Shown here one piece after another: positions 12,760 to 27,420 of a stretch of 64,000 nt of DNA. The translations under genes were made by a program, and so were the position numbers. Source of the stretch: Octopus vulgaris (Eukaryota); NCBI GenBank assembly GCA_951406725.2, contig OX597822.1, forward strand, positions 92,690,001 through 92,754,000, read 5' to 3'. How positions within the stretch are numbered: the first letter of the stretch is position 1; the number at the start of each line of letters is the position of its first letter. Under the pieces are notes generated by a model, which saw only the letters and a program-made list of their open reading frames with translations, did not search any database and was not told the DNA's origin.

Positions 12760-15700
12760 GTATCTAAGCTAACTTCTCAACCACACAACTCTGCATGTGT
12801 CTGTAGTCATGCATGTTTCCCCATTCATCACACACACACACACACACACACTGTTTGTCTGTCTGTCTGTCTTTCTCTCTCTCACACAAACATACTCACA
12901 TTTGTATAGTTACTTGCTCTAGATTTTTTCACAATGTTATTAGGAACAACTAGGATAGGCACCTGAACATCTCATTAAATACATTTCCTGAAGTAAAAAA
13001 TAAATCAGTGATGGAGATGTGTTTAATTGTATGTGAGTGTGTGTGTGTATATATATATGTTTATTTTTATGTTGTTCTAATAAAAACAATTTTACATTAA
13101 CCTGGTGGGGTTATTCCATACTTTTGTAGAATACAAGTTGATTCTTATACAAGGATATTGTTGACAGTGACTTCAAAGTTTCAATCAGTTAAGCTATCAT
13201 CAGACTGTAGTCCAGCAATGAGAATATATATAAATGAACAAATATATATATATCCTGCCCTTTCCCTATTCTTCTCCTCTCCCCTTCACCATTCCCTCTC
13301 TCTCTCACTCTTCCTTCTTGACTCTCATTGCTCACATGTGACCAACGGCTATCCATCTTTCTTCCACTTCCTTCCTAAAGACAAGACGTGCTTTTGCCTC
13401 TCTTCTCAAAGCTCATTTTCCCAGCGTTCACCACTTCATATTGTCTTGGCTTAACAGCCCTCACCGTTTTTACTGTTTTGTTCTCACTGTTTTTGTTACC
13501 ACTTTAACCCTCTGCAAAAAATTCCAAATTTTATTTAATTTGCTTTGCGGGAAGGACTGTTTTAATGAAGTTGCGTCTTGTCCCTACCTTCGAAATGTGG
13601 AGTAGATAAACCAGAGGACAACTGATGAAGGGAATGTTCTTTATGTTGCCTGTCTTGTTTTTTTAATTCCATTGGACATTCTAAAATACTATTAAATTTC
13701 ATTCAATTTTAAAGAAGGTAAAATCGGACAGAACTTATGGGATGACCTGATATATATATATATATTTATCTTGTTATCTTGTTTCAGTCATCGAACTGTG
13801 GTCATGCTGGGGCAGCATGTTAACATGTTTAGTTGACCAGATTTCGTCACTGCTACACCTTTGTACACACTAGAAGCAGTATTAGGTTAAACTTTGGATG
13901 AATGCTGCTGTAGTTTTCCTTTCAGTGATGTTTTCATTAAGTATGATACATAGACAGCTATTTTAGTCTAATACTGCTTCCATTGCATATAATGTATTTT
14001 TATTTAGCCAGGCAGCTGTTTGCTATACCAGTGAATGTTTTATTCAGTTTCTTATATATTTTCTAAGTATCCTTCCTGTTGCCAATCTTCACTTGTTTCC
14101 AAGCATAATATTATTTCCCTGGATGTATTTTCAAGGAAGATTAGAAACCAACAACACCACTTGTACGATGGTGATGCTCGTTTACGACCATCATGTGATG
14201 TCAAAACACAGAGAAACAAGTACACACACACGCACACACATTTGGTTGGTGGAAACTGAAAGGAGCTTGTTGTGTGTGTGTATGTGTGTTATCGTCTCCT
14301 TACTTTGACATCATGTGATAGTCGTAAATGAACTGTTATACAAGAGGTGTCCTTCATTTCCAGTCTTCCATGAAAATATGTCTGCTCATGAAGAATATTG
14401 CCTTACTTAGAAACTGGTGATGGGAAGGACAAAGTTCATTTGATTGATCCCATCCAATTTATGCAAACATGGAGAAGTGGATGTTAAATAACGATGAGGA
14501 TTATGTATTCAGGCATAGGTAAGGGGTTAACTAGTTTGTGTTACAATCATGAGGTCCCAAGGTTGATCCCCTCGTTAGTGAATATAGGTAGATGAAGACT
14601 GTGTAGAAGCTTGTTGGGTTGTCTGTTCCTGTAATTTTTCAAGTCCAAGCTATGTCATTCTGTGTCATGCTGATTTTATTTCAAGATTTAAAAGTACCTT
14701 GGAATTGTGCTTGAGGAGACCTATTGAGTCAAGTAAAATCAAAATCAAAAATTAAGTCACAGTCAAAAATGGAAATTGTAATTGTGGCCGATGTCAGTGC
14801 TGCCTGGCTGGTTCTTGTGCTGGTGACATGCAATAAGCACCATTCATGCATTCGTTGCCAGTATTGCCTGAGTGGGTCCTCGTACCAGTGGCATATACAA
14901 AGCACCATCTGAATGTGGTCAATGCCAGCCCCCCCACCTCCGTCCCGACTGGCTCCTGTGCCAGTAGCATGTAAAAAGCACCATCTGAATGTGGCTGATG
15001 TCAGTGCTGCCTGATTGATTCCCATGCTGGTGGCATGTAAAAAGCACCCATTACACTCTTGGAGTGGTTGGCGTTAGGAAGGACATCCAGCTATAGAAAC
15101 CTTGTCAGATAAGATCGGAGCCTGGTGTGGCCTCCTGGATTGCCAGTCCCCAGTCAAACCGTCTAACCCATGCCAGCATTGAAAATAGACTTTTATACAG
15201 TGATGATGAGGATGATTATGTTAAGGATACATGTATCTGAGATACTCAACCACTTCATGCACTAAGTTGTTGAGCTGGCTGCTCAAACAATGGATTCTCA
15301 TATGCCAAATTCTAGGGTGAGAGTCACTATGTGTGTCTGTGCATGTGCATGCGCATGAGACACAGTTCTAGCTGTGCAGTGAACAAGTTTGCTTCTTCAT
15401 GTGGTTTTAGGTTCTATAGTAGAAGACATTTGCCTAAGGTACTTACCGTGTGGCACCCCAGGCCAGCATCTTCTACCATAGACCTAGGCCGACCAAAGTC
15501 TTGTGAGTGAATTTGAAAGGTGGAGACTTAAAGAAGCCTATTGTATATGTATGTAACATCATCATTTAATGTCCATTCCCCCCTGCTGGCTTGGGTTGGA
15601 CAGTTTGATGGGAGGTGACAAGACTGGAAGCTGCACCAGGCTTCATTGTTACCCTTTGTATACCCCATCCTCTGCTCACTCACCCTGTCCAATCTTCTCT

Positions 15701-16644
15701 TCCACTTCATTTATATTCACCCCACAACTGTACCATAAGAGTATGTCCCAACACATCTCCACCACTATCCTCCTGTCTTTCTTGTTTCCAACAGGGGTTG
15801 CCATGTAATCTCCACAGTATGACCCCTATCTCTATTTCCTTATACGTTTTAACTCTCTCACCAGCTGGCACAAAACCACCTCTTTCAATACTACTCCCCT
15901 TCTCATTCAAAAGGTCATTGTCTTACAAGTTTCTTGGTGACCTCCACTGGTGCTTGTGCCATGTGTAAAGCACCCAGTGTGTTCTGTAAAGTGGTTGGTA
16001 TTAAGAAGGGCTGTAGAAACCATGCCAAAGCAGATAATAGAGCCTAGTGCAGTCCTCTGGCTTTCCAGCTCCTGCCAAACCATCCAACCCATGCTAGCAT
16101 GAAAAAACAAGCGTTAAAGGATGATGATGATGATGGTGATGATGATATATACACAGAAAAGTAACAGGTAGCTCACCACTCATTCATTATGTACCTGTAA
16201 ATATTTACTTTAGATCAATAGTACACATGTTGAAACAGAAACTGCCACATGTGTTAATGTGTAAGACACCCCAACCAGTCTGCCCCCACCTCCTTGCCTC
16301 ATAACTTGTACGCCACTTGTTTCTCTCTCTCTTTCCTCCCTTACCTTTCCTACTCAACTTCATTGATTCTGTGAAGCACTTTGTATTTATTACCCCCCCC
16401 ACCCCACCCCTTATCAAACAAATCCCTGTGTAGGTAGGAGTCCTCTAGCTTGTCTCTACCTGTCTGTCCTGTTACCTATGCACACACGCACACGTAGAGT
16501 ACATACACTTCCACTTTTATATTCATTTTCACATTGTACATTCACACACGTTTCTGTTCAAGCACTTAGAGGTGCAGGTTTGGCTGTGTAATAAGAAGCT
16601 TGCTTCCCAACACATGGTTCTGGGTTCAGTCCCACTGCATGGCA

Positions 16645-16925
16645 CTCTCCCCTCCCTCCGTCCCCCTCTTTCCCTTTCTTCTCTCCCTTCCCTCTCCCTC
16701 CCTTCCTCCTCCTCTCATTCTCTCCTCTCCTCCTCTTTATCCATTTCCTCTCTTCTCTCCCCTCTTTTCTCCATATCCTCTCCTCTCCCCTCTCCATCCC
16801 ACTCTTTCCCTATCTCCCCCCCCTTTCCCGCTCCCCCTCTCTTTCCCTCTCTCCCCCCTCTTTCCCTTCCTCCATATCTCTCATCTCTCCTTCTCTCCAC
16901 CTCTCTCATCTCTCTCTCTCTCTTA
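16645..16925. repeat. Polypyrimidine (CT-rich) low-complexity tract
   Basis: Nearly pure C/T on +; a similar tract lies at 18600-19200. Confidence 0.9.
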
Positions 16926-17316
16926 TACTTGCACATTGACTCTCACACGCTTATTTTTATCTCTCACCTTCCATACCTATAAATTATTACTGTTGTTACT
17001 TAGCCCCAATTCAGTTCTGACAAATCAAACCTATACTCAAAGGCTTTCCAGCCATGACCATTCTGTAGTTTTGCATGCATATAGAAAAAGCAAACATGTA
17101 GTTAAGTAGTTTGCTGCCCAATCACTTGGGTTTGAGTTCAGTCCCACCACATGTCACCTTGGGCAAGTGTCTTCTAGGGTTTGGCTGACCAAAACCTTGT
17201 GAGTTGATTTGGTAGATGGAAACTGAAAGAAGCCCATTGTATATACATGTAGGTCAGATCAACAAAAAAGTACTACATCCAGTGAGAGATAAATGTCATT
17301 TAATATACACAATATT

Positions 17317-17725
17317 AGGCGCAGGAGTGGCTGTGTGGTAAGTAGCTTGCTAACCAACCACATGGTTCCGGGTTCAGTCCCACTGCGTGGCATCTTGGGC
17401 AAGTGTCTTCTGCTATAGCCCCGGGCCGACCAATGCCTTGTGAGTGGATTTGGTAGACGGAAACTGAAAGAAGCCTGTCGTATATATGTATATATATATA
17501 TGTGTGTGTTTGTGTGTCTGTGTTTGTCCCCCTAGCATCGCTTGACAACCGACGCTGGTGTGTTTACGTCCCCGTCACTTAGCGGTTCGGCAAAAAAAGA
17601 GACCGATAGAATAAGTGCTGGGCTTACAAAGAATAAGTTCCGGTGTCGAGTTGCTCAATTAAAGGCGGTGCTCCAGCATGGCCGCAGTCAAATGACTGAA
17701 ACAAGTAAAAGAGAAAAAGAGAAAG
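17317..17725 (+). mobile_element. Full-length octopus-type tRNA-derived CORE-like SINE (representative copy; dozens of copies or fragments in the window)
   Basis: A box TGGCTGTGTGG, B box GGTTCAGTCCC, CORE-like CTTGGGCAAGTGTCTT, internal TA/TG microsatellite, 3' end GCAGTCAAATGACTGAAACAAGTAAAAGAG. Other copies e.g. 21608-21975, 42829-43224, 54175-54543, 60568-60910 (+); 34000-34385, 37029-37368, 47030-47360, 54895-55290, 62830-63215 (-). Confidence 0.9.
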
Positions 17726-20700
17726 AGAATATATTTGTAGCAAAGTGGCTGAGTTCCTTTCAAGTGTTGGGCCCTAAAGAGGCAAACTGTTTGAGTTCAT
17801 TTTGAGCATTGTGCCTCATGGAGGCAATGACTGAGACCTTTGGCGTTATGTCATGCTTGAGAAGACTCATCGAGCCGAGCAGAATTGCTGTCGTGGTAGA
17901 TACCAGTGTCACACAAATGGCATCAGTACCAGTGGCATGTAAAAGCACCCATTATACTCTTGGAGTGGTTGGCATTAGGAAGAGCATCCAGCCATAGAAA
18001 ACCATGCCAAATCAGACTGGAGTCTGGTGCAGCCTTTCAGCTTACCAGCCCTGGTCTAACCGTCAAACCCATACCAGCATGGACAATGGACGTTAAATGA
18101 TGATGAGGATGATATCTGCCTCAATGAACTCTGATTTATGCAAGCATGGCAAAGTGGATGTCAAAATGATGATGATGATATATTTGGTTGTGTGTGTTAG
18201 TGTCATTTTGTCTTGATATTGCATGATTGTCATAAATGTTTTCATGGCCAGAATGTTATTTATGGAAATTAATGACATTCTATGAAAACATGTTTAGAAA
18301 TAGGTAAGTGTTGGTGACAGGAAGAGCATCTGGGTGTAGAAAACCTAACCCTTCAACGTTTAAACTGGCCAGATCTGGCCCAAATGTTTTACCTACTTTA
18401 TGCTTAATCCACTCAGATTTAGAACAGCACTTTCCAGTTTGTCCTTGCTTTTTTTTTCTTATCACTTTTTTTTTTGAGGCAATGGGATTTTATTTGATAT
18501 GTGGCTGCTATTTCTAGCAGGTGGAGCAGCCACATAGAGGCACTGGCAGGTATTAATTTTTCTGTTCTATAAATGCTTGATTAAGTATTAAGGATAGTTT
18601 TTCTCATTGTTTCCTGCTTTTCTCTCTCTCTCTCCTCACCCTACTGACTTCCTCCTACTCTCCCTGTCTAATTTTCTCCTCCCCTCCAACTATTGTTTTC
18701 TTTATTTCTCTCTATATCCCTGTTATTTTTAATCTTACTGTATCTGTCATTCTTTCTCCCCATCTCCAACTCTCCTCCCTCTCTTTCCCTAGTGTTGTAC
18801 TCACCCTAACACTCTCTATCTCTCACTCATTCTTACTCTCCCTTTCACTGTCTCTTTTGTTTTCTGCTGTTACATTCTCTCTGTTAGTCTTTTCCTCCTG
18901 CATTGTACTAACCCTACTCCCCTTCTTCCCCTCTTTCACTCATTCTTACTGTCTCTATCACTCTTTTCCTCTCCCCGTTTCTCTCTCCCTCTCTCTCTCT
19001 CCTGTTGCTCACACCCTGTCTCCCTATTGTCACTAATTCACTCTAACTACACCTCTCATTCTTTCTCTGCACCTCCCTTTCTTTCTCCTATATCCCAATC
19101 ACTCTGCTAACTTCCTTCTCTCTTTTACTATTGTCTCCACTAATTAATTCTCTCCCTACCTCTTCCTAAATTTCTTCATCCTTCCCCACCTCCCTCAGAA
19201 CTATCAGTAGTTATGTTGCCATGGTTTCTTTTCCTATTCTTTTGCATGTTTCACTTGTTAGGCTGCAGTAACTCTTGGGCAAAGCCTTTGAGGAATTTTA
19301 GTTGAGTCAAGTAACACCATAATCATGGCTGTGGCTAGTGCCCCTGACTGGCTCCTGTGCTGGTGGCATGTAAAAAGCACCATCCAAACATGGTCAATAC
19401 CAAATCTGCCTGACTGGCTCCCATGCCAGTGACACGTAAAATGGCACCATCAGAACATGGCTGATGCCAGTGCCCCTTGACTGGTTCTTGTGCTGGTGGC
19501 ATGTAAAAAGCACCCACTACACTCTCGGAGTGGTTGGCGTTAGGAAGGGTATCCAGCTGTACAAACCTTGTCAGATCAGATTGGAGCCTGGTGCAGCCAC
19601 TGGCTTTCCAGACCTCAGTCACACTGTCCAACCCATGCCAGCATAGAAGATAGACGTTAAATGATAATGGGGATGATGATGATATTGACTTTTGTTCTTA
19701 TTTCAGTCTGGTACTTTTATTTTATTGGTCTCTATTTGTAGAACTGTTAAGTCTCAAAATATAAAAGAACACAATATAAACAATAGTTTTCATGCCAGCA
19801 TTAACACAGACACAACTACACACACACTCACCTACAGTATATACAGTATACTGGAAGTTGTCATGTCAAAAGGATTAGGCCCAGTAGATAGTTCCACACT
19901 CCACTCTTATTCTTAGCTGATAATACTGAGGAAGAGTGTTGTTTTTATCATGCACAGCAACTCAGCCAAGTGTCTTTTATTATAGCCCTAGGCTGACCAA
20001 AGCCTTGTGTGTTGATTCAATTGATTGACACTGAAAGATGTCTGTTTATAATACATATGTGTATGTGTGCTTGTGTTTGTGTGTTCCTGCGTCTCAATAT
20101 TATCACTGTAAATGTACATCACCATTATACAAGCAATGTATATATTCATTTATTTCCATTTGTTTTTATACATCCGTTTTCCTGTGCTAGCATGGGTTAG
20201 ATGAATATATTATTTAGGCATTGTTTTGCAGCCAGATGTACTTTCTGTCACTAATCCATACCTGTTCTTCAAGTAAGGGAACTCTTATTTCAATTTCACA
20301 GTTCTTCAAAGGCTCAAAGCCAGTGGATATATTGACCAGGAAATTACCATATAACACTGCTTGCATCTTGCAATATTTAGACAAGTGTAAATATAAACAG
20401 ACATGCACACACACACAAATGTACATATATACGTATCTATCTGTCTGTCTGTCTGTCTGTCTATGATGTATCTATATCTATGTATGTATCTATCTGTGTG
20501 TTTGTGTGTGTACCTAGACAACAGTGTTTTGCACTATTTCTGTCTACCAAATTTTACTCACAAGTAAGTTTTTGATTCAAGGTGCTGTGCAATGAGATTG
20601 AACCTGAAACCATATATTTGAAATGAACTTCTTAATCACACAGCCATGCCTGCTCCTATTGTTAATTGTTTATTTCTTTTGTGTTATTAATCTGTTTATT

Positions 20701-20980
20701 TTTTTTTCCAACCATTTATTGACAAACTGGCTTTAGAGAACAATTTCCAATATTCTCATTCACTAAGACATCCTCACACACTCACACACATTCAATCATA
20801 CACATATGCTCACTATCACCTGTACACACTGCCACATGTCCACACTCATTCATTCTCTTTCTTTGTTAACTAGACTGCATGGCTGCTCTTTCATTTGCAT
20901 ACGCACTTTTTAACACACCTATGCTCATGACAATCAAATATACAATGTCAAATGTACAAATATGTACCCACAGGTACGCA

Positions 20981-21030
<50 letters not shown>

Positions 21031-21075
21031 CTTGCTCTCACACCTGTACATACTTGCTCTCATATTCCTGTATCA

Positions 21076-21300
21076 TTAACTCTTTAGCATTCACATTACT
21101 CTGTCAAACATAATACCTATTTAATCACATTGTTTCGAATTAATCATGCCTTGTCTTGTAGCTTTGAGATTTCGGTGATGTGAATGCTTATTTTTAGAAT
21201 GACATTGTTGGGTGTAAGAGGCCTGACCTAGTTAGGTTGCACATAAAAACAGGTAGAATATTTGGGCCCGATATGGCTGGTTTAAATGCGAAAGGGTCAA
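21076..21300. mobile_element. Second piggyBac-type MITE family
   Basis: TTAACTCTTTAGCATT...AATGCGAAAGGGTCAA ends. Interrupted copies at ~50275-51085 and ~54858-55385; partial copy at 18346-18420. Confidence 0.6.
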
Positions 21301-22402
21301 CTAATAAAATAAATTTTTGGCAACGAAGGAGAGTGTTGAAAAGATGATTCATTGAAATATTTAAAATAGTTAAATGACGCTTTCTACTATAGGCAAAAGG
21401 CCTGAAATTTTAATGGGAGAGAACCTGTTGATTACATTGACCTCAGTATGCAACTGGTATGTATTTCAACAACACTGAAAAGAGGATGAAAAGTGAAGTC
21501 AGCATCAGCAGTTGAACTCGGAATGTAAAAACAGGCAAAAATCTGCTAAGCATTTTGTCTGGCATGTTGCCAAAAAAAGAAAAAAAGATTAAATAAATAT
21601 AATAATTAGGTGCAGAAGTGGCTGTGTGGTAAGTAGCTTGCTGACCAACCACATGGTCCCATGTTCAGACCCACTGCATGGCACCTTGGGCGAGTGTCTT
21701 GTACTATAGCTTTGGGCCGACCAAAACCTTGTGAGTGGATTTGGTAGACAGAAAATGAAAGAAACCCATTGTATATAAGTGTATCTGTGTTTGTCCCACC
21801 AACATCGCTTGACAACCGATGCCGGTGTGTTTACATCCTTGTAACTTAGCAGTTTAGCAAAAGAGATCAATAGGATAAGTACTAGGCATACAAAGAAGTC
21901 CTGGAGTCAGTTTGCTCGACTAAAGGCAATGCTCCAGCATGGCAGCAGTCAAATGAAAGAAACAAGTAAAAGAGTAATAAAATTAATAAATAAATACTTT
22001 CCTGTTCTGAATTGGGATGTGTTAGGTTATGTGCAGGGATGCATTGTTGCAGTGCATTGCTGTACTCATCATTTGTCGGTGTATTCCCAGGTCCTCCAAG
22101 GTGACTCATCAAGCAGAGTTCCAGTCAATCTCCATCTCTGAGAGATACCTCCTCATTTGCCATGACTAGGTTAGCTTTTATTGTGATTTGAACCTGCTTC
22201 TCCAAACTTGGCTTCTGACATCTAATACAGAGATCTCATACTTGTCATCTCTTCACAACTAGATAGAGAAGGTTGGCTCAGTCAGGACCAAAACGGGGGT
22301 TAAAAAGTAACCGGTAGTAATTTTATGCAGACATTAACATTTTCTTTTTAACTGATGAGTCCCAATTTAAAGCCAGGCTGCCGTAATCAGCAAAGATTAC
22401 AT

Positions 22403-22435
<33 letters not shown>

Positions 22436-23243
22436 TGTGCACATATATGTATGTATGTGCAAGTATGTTTGTGTCATCTTGACATCATGTGATAGTTGTA
22501 AATGATTGTCCCTGTCATACAAGCAGGGTCATAAATTTCCACAATTCTGTGAGAGCATGTCTGGTCATGAGGAACTGTTACCTTTCTTCAAAACAGGTAT
22601 GGGTTCGTGACAGGAAGGGCTCCTGACTGTTGCAAAAAAATTTGCCTTGATAAACTCCATTTGACTCATGGGCGCTGAACTGGGTGAAATGCATAGCGGT
22701 ATTTCTTTCGGCTGTCTTTACGTTCTGAGTTCAAATCCTTTCATCCTTTCGGGGTTGATAAATTAAGTACCAGTTGCGTACTGGGTCGATCTAATTGACT
22801 GGCCTCCTCCCCCAAAATTTTGGGCCTTGTGCCTAGAGTAGAAAAGAATGGAAAAGTGGGTGTTGAAAGATGCTGATGAATATATTTATCATCATCGTTG
22901 TTTATTGTCTACTTTGCCATGCTTGCATGGGCTGTACCTGGTTTAAATATTCTATTTTGAAGAAAAGTTACCCCACCCCACAAAACATTTAGCATCTCTT
23001 TAGTAACCCCTAATATTTGGCACTCCTTTGCGAGCCCATAATGCCTTCAAAAAATGGGGCCATTTATTATCCGGGTTAAGAACTGTTGTAGAGGTTCCCT
23101 CATTGATTCTAGCTGATTATACTTTTTTTTATTTCTTTATGTTGGGGTTATGAGAGTAAATATCTTGTCATGTACTGATAAGTAGGGTTCTGTGTCGCCC
23201 TCTTCTAAAGCTAGTGACCTTTGCTTAATGTAAGAGATAAATA

Positions 23244-23433
23244 CAGGCTGTTCAGAAAGTCTCTCTGTATATAAAATAATATATTAGACTTTACAAGACA
23301 TTAAAAAACTTTATAAGAGGTGTCGAAAGTGTCGTCCTTCATTTTCAATACATGAGTTGACTCTTCTACACATGTTTTGAAATACATCTTGGAGGGTAAA
23401 AAATCACTGTGGAGGGACTTTTTGAACATCCTG
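23244..23433. mobile_element. Tc1/mariner-type MITE
   Basis: TA|CAGGCTGTTCAGAAAGTC...GACTTTTTGAACATCCTG|TA. Confidence 0.7.
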
Positions 23434-23719
23434 TATTATTATCTTTATTCATAAGCAGTGAATTGGTCGAATCAGTTAGTATTTAGCATCTGATCCTGGC
23501 TATTTACATGTGTTCAAATTCCACTGGGATCAACTTTGCACCTTATCCCTCTGCAGGTTGATATAGTGACAGTCACTTTCTGCGTCAATTTATTCAACTA
23601 ACTCCTTTTCTCTACGTTTCTGTCTGTGTGTCTATGTCTGTACAGAATTGTAAGTTATCCTTGTAATGAAACCTCATCTGATTGCCCTGTAGCTAACAGA
23701 ATAAGCCACCACCATCATT

Positions 23720-24400
23720 ATTATTGTTGAGCTGAAGCATGGACTCCCTAATACAGACATATAAAGAAACTTGAAACCTTTTACATGTGTTGTTTGCGCA
23801 AAGTCTTCAACTTAAAATGGCAAGATAAGATTATCCAATGCCAAAATCTTAGAAAAACGTGACATCTCCAGTATCCAAAGCATGCTGCTGAGAATTGAGA
23901 GCAGGTGGGTAGGACATGTTGTTTGGATGAAAGATGACTACATTCTGAAAATTCTTCTGTATGGCCAACAAGTGGAGGGATATCGCTGTAAAGGAAGACC
24001 TCTCCTTAGGTATAAAGGTTAAGTTGAAGCAATCACTAGAATCTCTGCAGCTTAACTTGAAATCTTGGGAACGTCATTGCCTAGATCGATCTGCACAACG
24101 TAAAATGTATCACAATGCATCCAAGCAATTTGAGTTGAAGAAAAAAAAAAGACAATAAAAGAACTATATCTTGCAACCAACAAACACACTTGGCCCAATC
24201 CCTGGCAAAACCAAAATCATCAATGTCTCTCCATTGCGACTTTATGGCAAAAGCCATCCCTGGACTCCAATTACATTCATGCGTCCATTGCAAATAGATG
24301 TAGTTTCTTCTGTTCTTCTATCTTTAGAAGCTGTTTTCTCTCTCTCTCTCTTTCCTTCTTTTTAACTCCTCCCCTTCGTTGAAATCGACGGAAGTGACCG
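23720..24400 (+). mobile_element. Degenerate RTE-like LINE 3' end with C-terminal Cys/His motif
   Basis: KKLETFYMCCLRKVFNLKWQD...RWVGHVVWMKDD...LLYGQ...GRPLLRYK across frameshifts; ends CLHCDF...LHSCVHCK*. Confidence 0.7.
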
Positions 24401-24965
24401 TCATTGTTATTAAGATAATGAGATGACAGAATCAGTAGAAAAGCAGAGAAAATTTATAGTGGTTGGCGTTAGGAAGGGCATCCAGCTGTAGAAACCTTGC
24501 CAGATCAGATTGGAGCCTGGTACAGCCTTCTGGTTTATCAGTCCTCAATCAAATCGTCCAACCCATGCCAGCATTGAAAAACGGACGTTAAAATGATGAC
24601 GACGACGATGAAGACTTATTCAAAAGCAGTGAATTGGTAGAATCTTTAAAAGCTGTTTTTTCTCTCTCTCTCTCTCTCTCTCCCCTTGTTTTTAACTCCT
24701 CCCCTTCAAACGCATTGAAATTGATGGAAGCGACAGTCATTGTTATTAAGATAATGAGATGACAGAACGAGTAGAAAAGCAGAGAAAATGCTTGGTGACA
24801 TTTCTCCCAACTTTTATATGTTCTGAATACAAATTCTGCCGGGTGTCTGCTTTGCCTTTCATCCTTTCGGTGATGATAGATTAAGGACCAGTTGAGCATT
24901 TAGGTCAATGTCACTGACTATCCACCTCCCTTAAAATTTCAGGTCTTGCGCCTCTAGTAGAAGGG

Positions 24966-25008
<43 letters not shown>

Positions 25009-26704
25009 GGTGGTTGATCAGAAGAATCACTAAGCATTCAACAAAATGCTTAGCAGCATTTCTACCACTTTTCACGTTCTGAGTGAATGCTGCCGAGGTT
25101 AACTTGCCCTTTCAGGCTGAATAAAATGAAATACCAGCCAAATGCTGGGGTTGATGTAATAAATTTGCTTCATCCTCTTAGATTTGCTGGCATTGTGCCA
25201 AAGTTAGAAAGAATTACTATTATTATTTAGTTTATCTGTTTGGTTTGCAAAATTCATGATGTGAATTTGTATAATAATAATAATGTTGATGATGATGATA
25301 ATAATAATAATAATAATAGAATTTCTCTTGAGCATCATTCCGCTCTAATGCTGATGATATAGATTCTTTTCATGTTCCGATTGATACTGGAAATATTTTT
25401 ACTAAGCGGAGGTATAATGAGTTTAATATAGAAACACAATTTGTATGTATGAACTGACGGATAGAGATTGGGATGGTTTTGATGGTTAAATAGATTGTGG
25501 GTCATTGTGTTTAGTTTCTCATTGGATGGACCAAACCAAAAGCTTGTTTTAGAAATTTTGCAAGGCCCTCTAGTTCAGTGTATCTTGCATCAAACTGATA
25601 CAGTTTGTGCTCACATTACGAGGAGGAAGGAAGAAGAGAAAAACCAAACCAAATGGCCATTAAATGTATGGTGAGATACATATATGTATATACATGAATG
25701 TATGTGAGTACATGTGTGTGTATTGGAAAAAATTTTTGGTATTGTATTATATATACATACATACACATATGTGTGTGTGAACACAACACATGTATGTATA
25801 TACATGTCTATGTGTGAGTGCTTATATATATATATACACACACATGTCTGTGTGTGCCTGTTGGTATATGTACACACGTATGTATGTAGGAACATATACT
25901 GATACACAGATATATGTACATATTTGAATGTATGTGTATGAGTGTCTGCATACACACACACGCACACAATGTGCACACATACATTTTCCATATGGGGAGA
26001 TTCCTTTTTCTAGATTTTTATTGGAGAAATTTATTTCATGGTTGGATTCTCTCTTCTATCGATGATCATTGAACTATGAAGTAGAAATGGATTCTGTTTT
26101 TTGATTTTTCATTCTCAGTTGGGAAAACTGGAGTGCAGAGAGAGAGAGAGAGAACGCTGTGAACTGTCTGCCTTGCCCAGAGGTATATGACACTGAATAT
26201 GGTAGATTTGAACTTGTGGTCACTGCTTAACAGAAAGGCTAGCCATTCTTTGACCAGTTTTGGTCGTGTTTCATGATAGGAGCAGCTGGTGATATTATTT
26301 CTGTTAACCTTGAAAGAAGAATGGTAAATGAAAAAAGAAAAAAAGAAAATGAAGATCCCCATCTCTCTTCTCCTTTTCGTTCCCACGTAAAAGAGAAATT
26401 CTGAAATGACTGGTTGATGATCTCTGAAAAGCAATTCATTATGATATAATATAGAGATGTGGGCATGGCTGTGCTTCCCAACCACCTGATTCTGGGTTCA
26501 GTACAGTTACCAACACAAGAACATATACCATCCATCAAAATAAAGCTGGTCTCCTGTGGATCACATCCCTACTTCTCCACATAGTCACCATTTCTCTCAA
26601 TAGCAATGTTCCGCCTTTGAATGAGAGCATGTATTCCTGCCTTGTAAAATTCTGCTAAGTTACAGAGACATAAATACACCAGCATCGGTTGTCAAGTGAT
26701 GGTG

Positions 26705-26746
<42 letters not shown>

Positions 26747-26758
26747 GAGAGAGACACA

Positions 26759-26789
<31 letters not shown>

Positions 26790-26790
<1 letters not shown>

Positions 26791-27420
26791 GGATATCTGA
26801 CTCACTAGAAAGAGCAGTTGAACTCCAAGCCACTAATTGTTGTAATTCTGAAAGTGAATGTAAAATAAAAACTTTTACCTTAATCCTAGATCCTGCAAGG
26901 TTACTGCAGACTTAAATACAGATTGAAATAAAATAATTTCAGTCTATATCTGGCGCTGCTTCTTCAGTAGGATGCCAAGGATCGAACACATAGATATAAT
27001 AGAAATAATAACCTGCCACATGTCTATATGTTATAATTTTTCGAATCCACCGCGCAAATGCGGAACTAACCGGCAGTAAATAAATTGCCAATTTTCTTCC
27101 AAAATTAGCCAAAAACATTTTATCATTAATTAAAAAAATCTTAGGGTAGCAGGAATATTTATCGAAAAATTCTTTGTTACCATTGGTCTAGTGAGAAGGA
27201 AAAAATTTAGCCGATAGACTATACATTATTCAGAGAAGAATACAGTGTACATTCAAACACATAAGTGATAACCAAAAAATAGGATATCTGACTCACTAGA
27301 AAGAGCAGTTAAACCCCAAGCCACTAATTGTTGTAATTCTGAAAGTGAATGAAAAATAAAAACTTTTACCTTATTGTCCTAGACTATGCATAGCTTCTGC
27401 AGACTTAAATATAGATTGAA
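26790..27420. repeat. ~140-bp direct repeat with 491-bp period
   Basis: AGGATATCTGACTCACTAGAAAGAGCAG...CAGACTTAAATA.AGATTGAA at 26790-26927 and 27281-27420. Confidence 0.85.
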
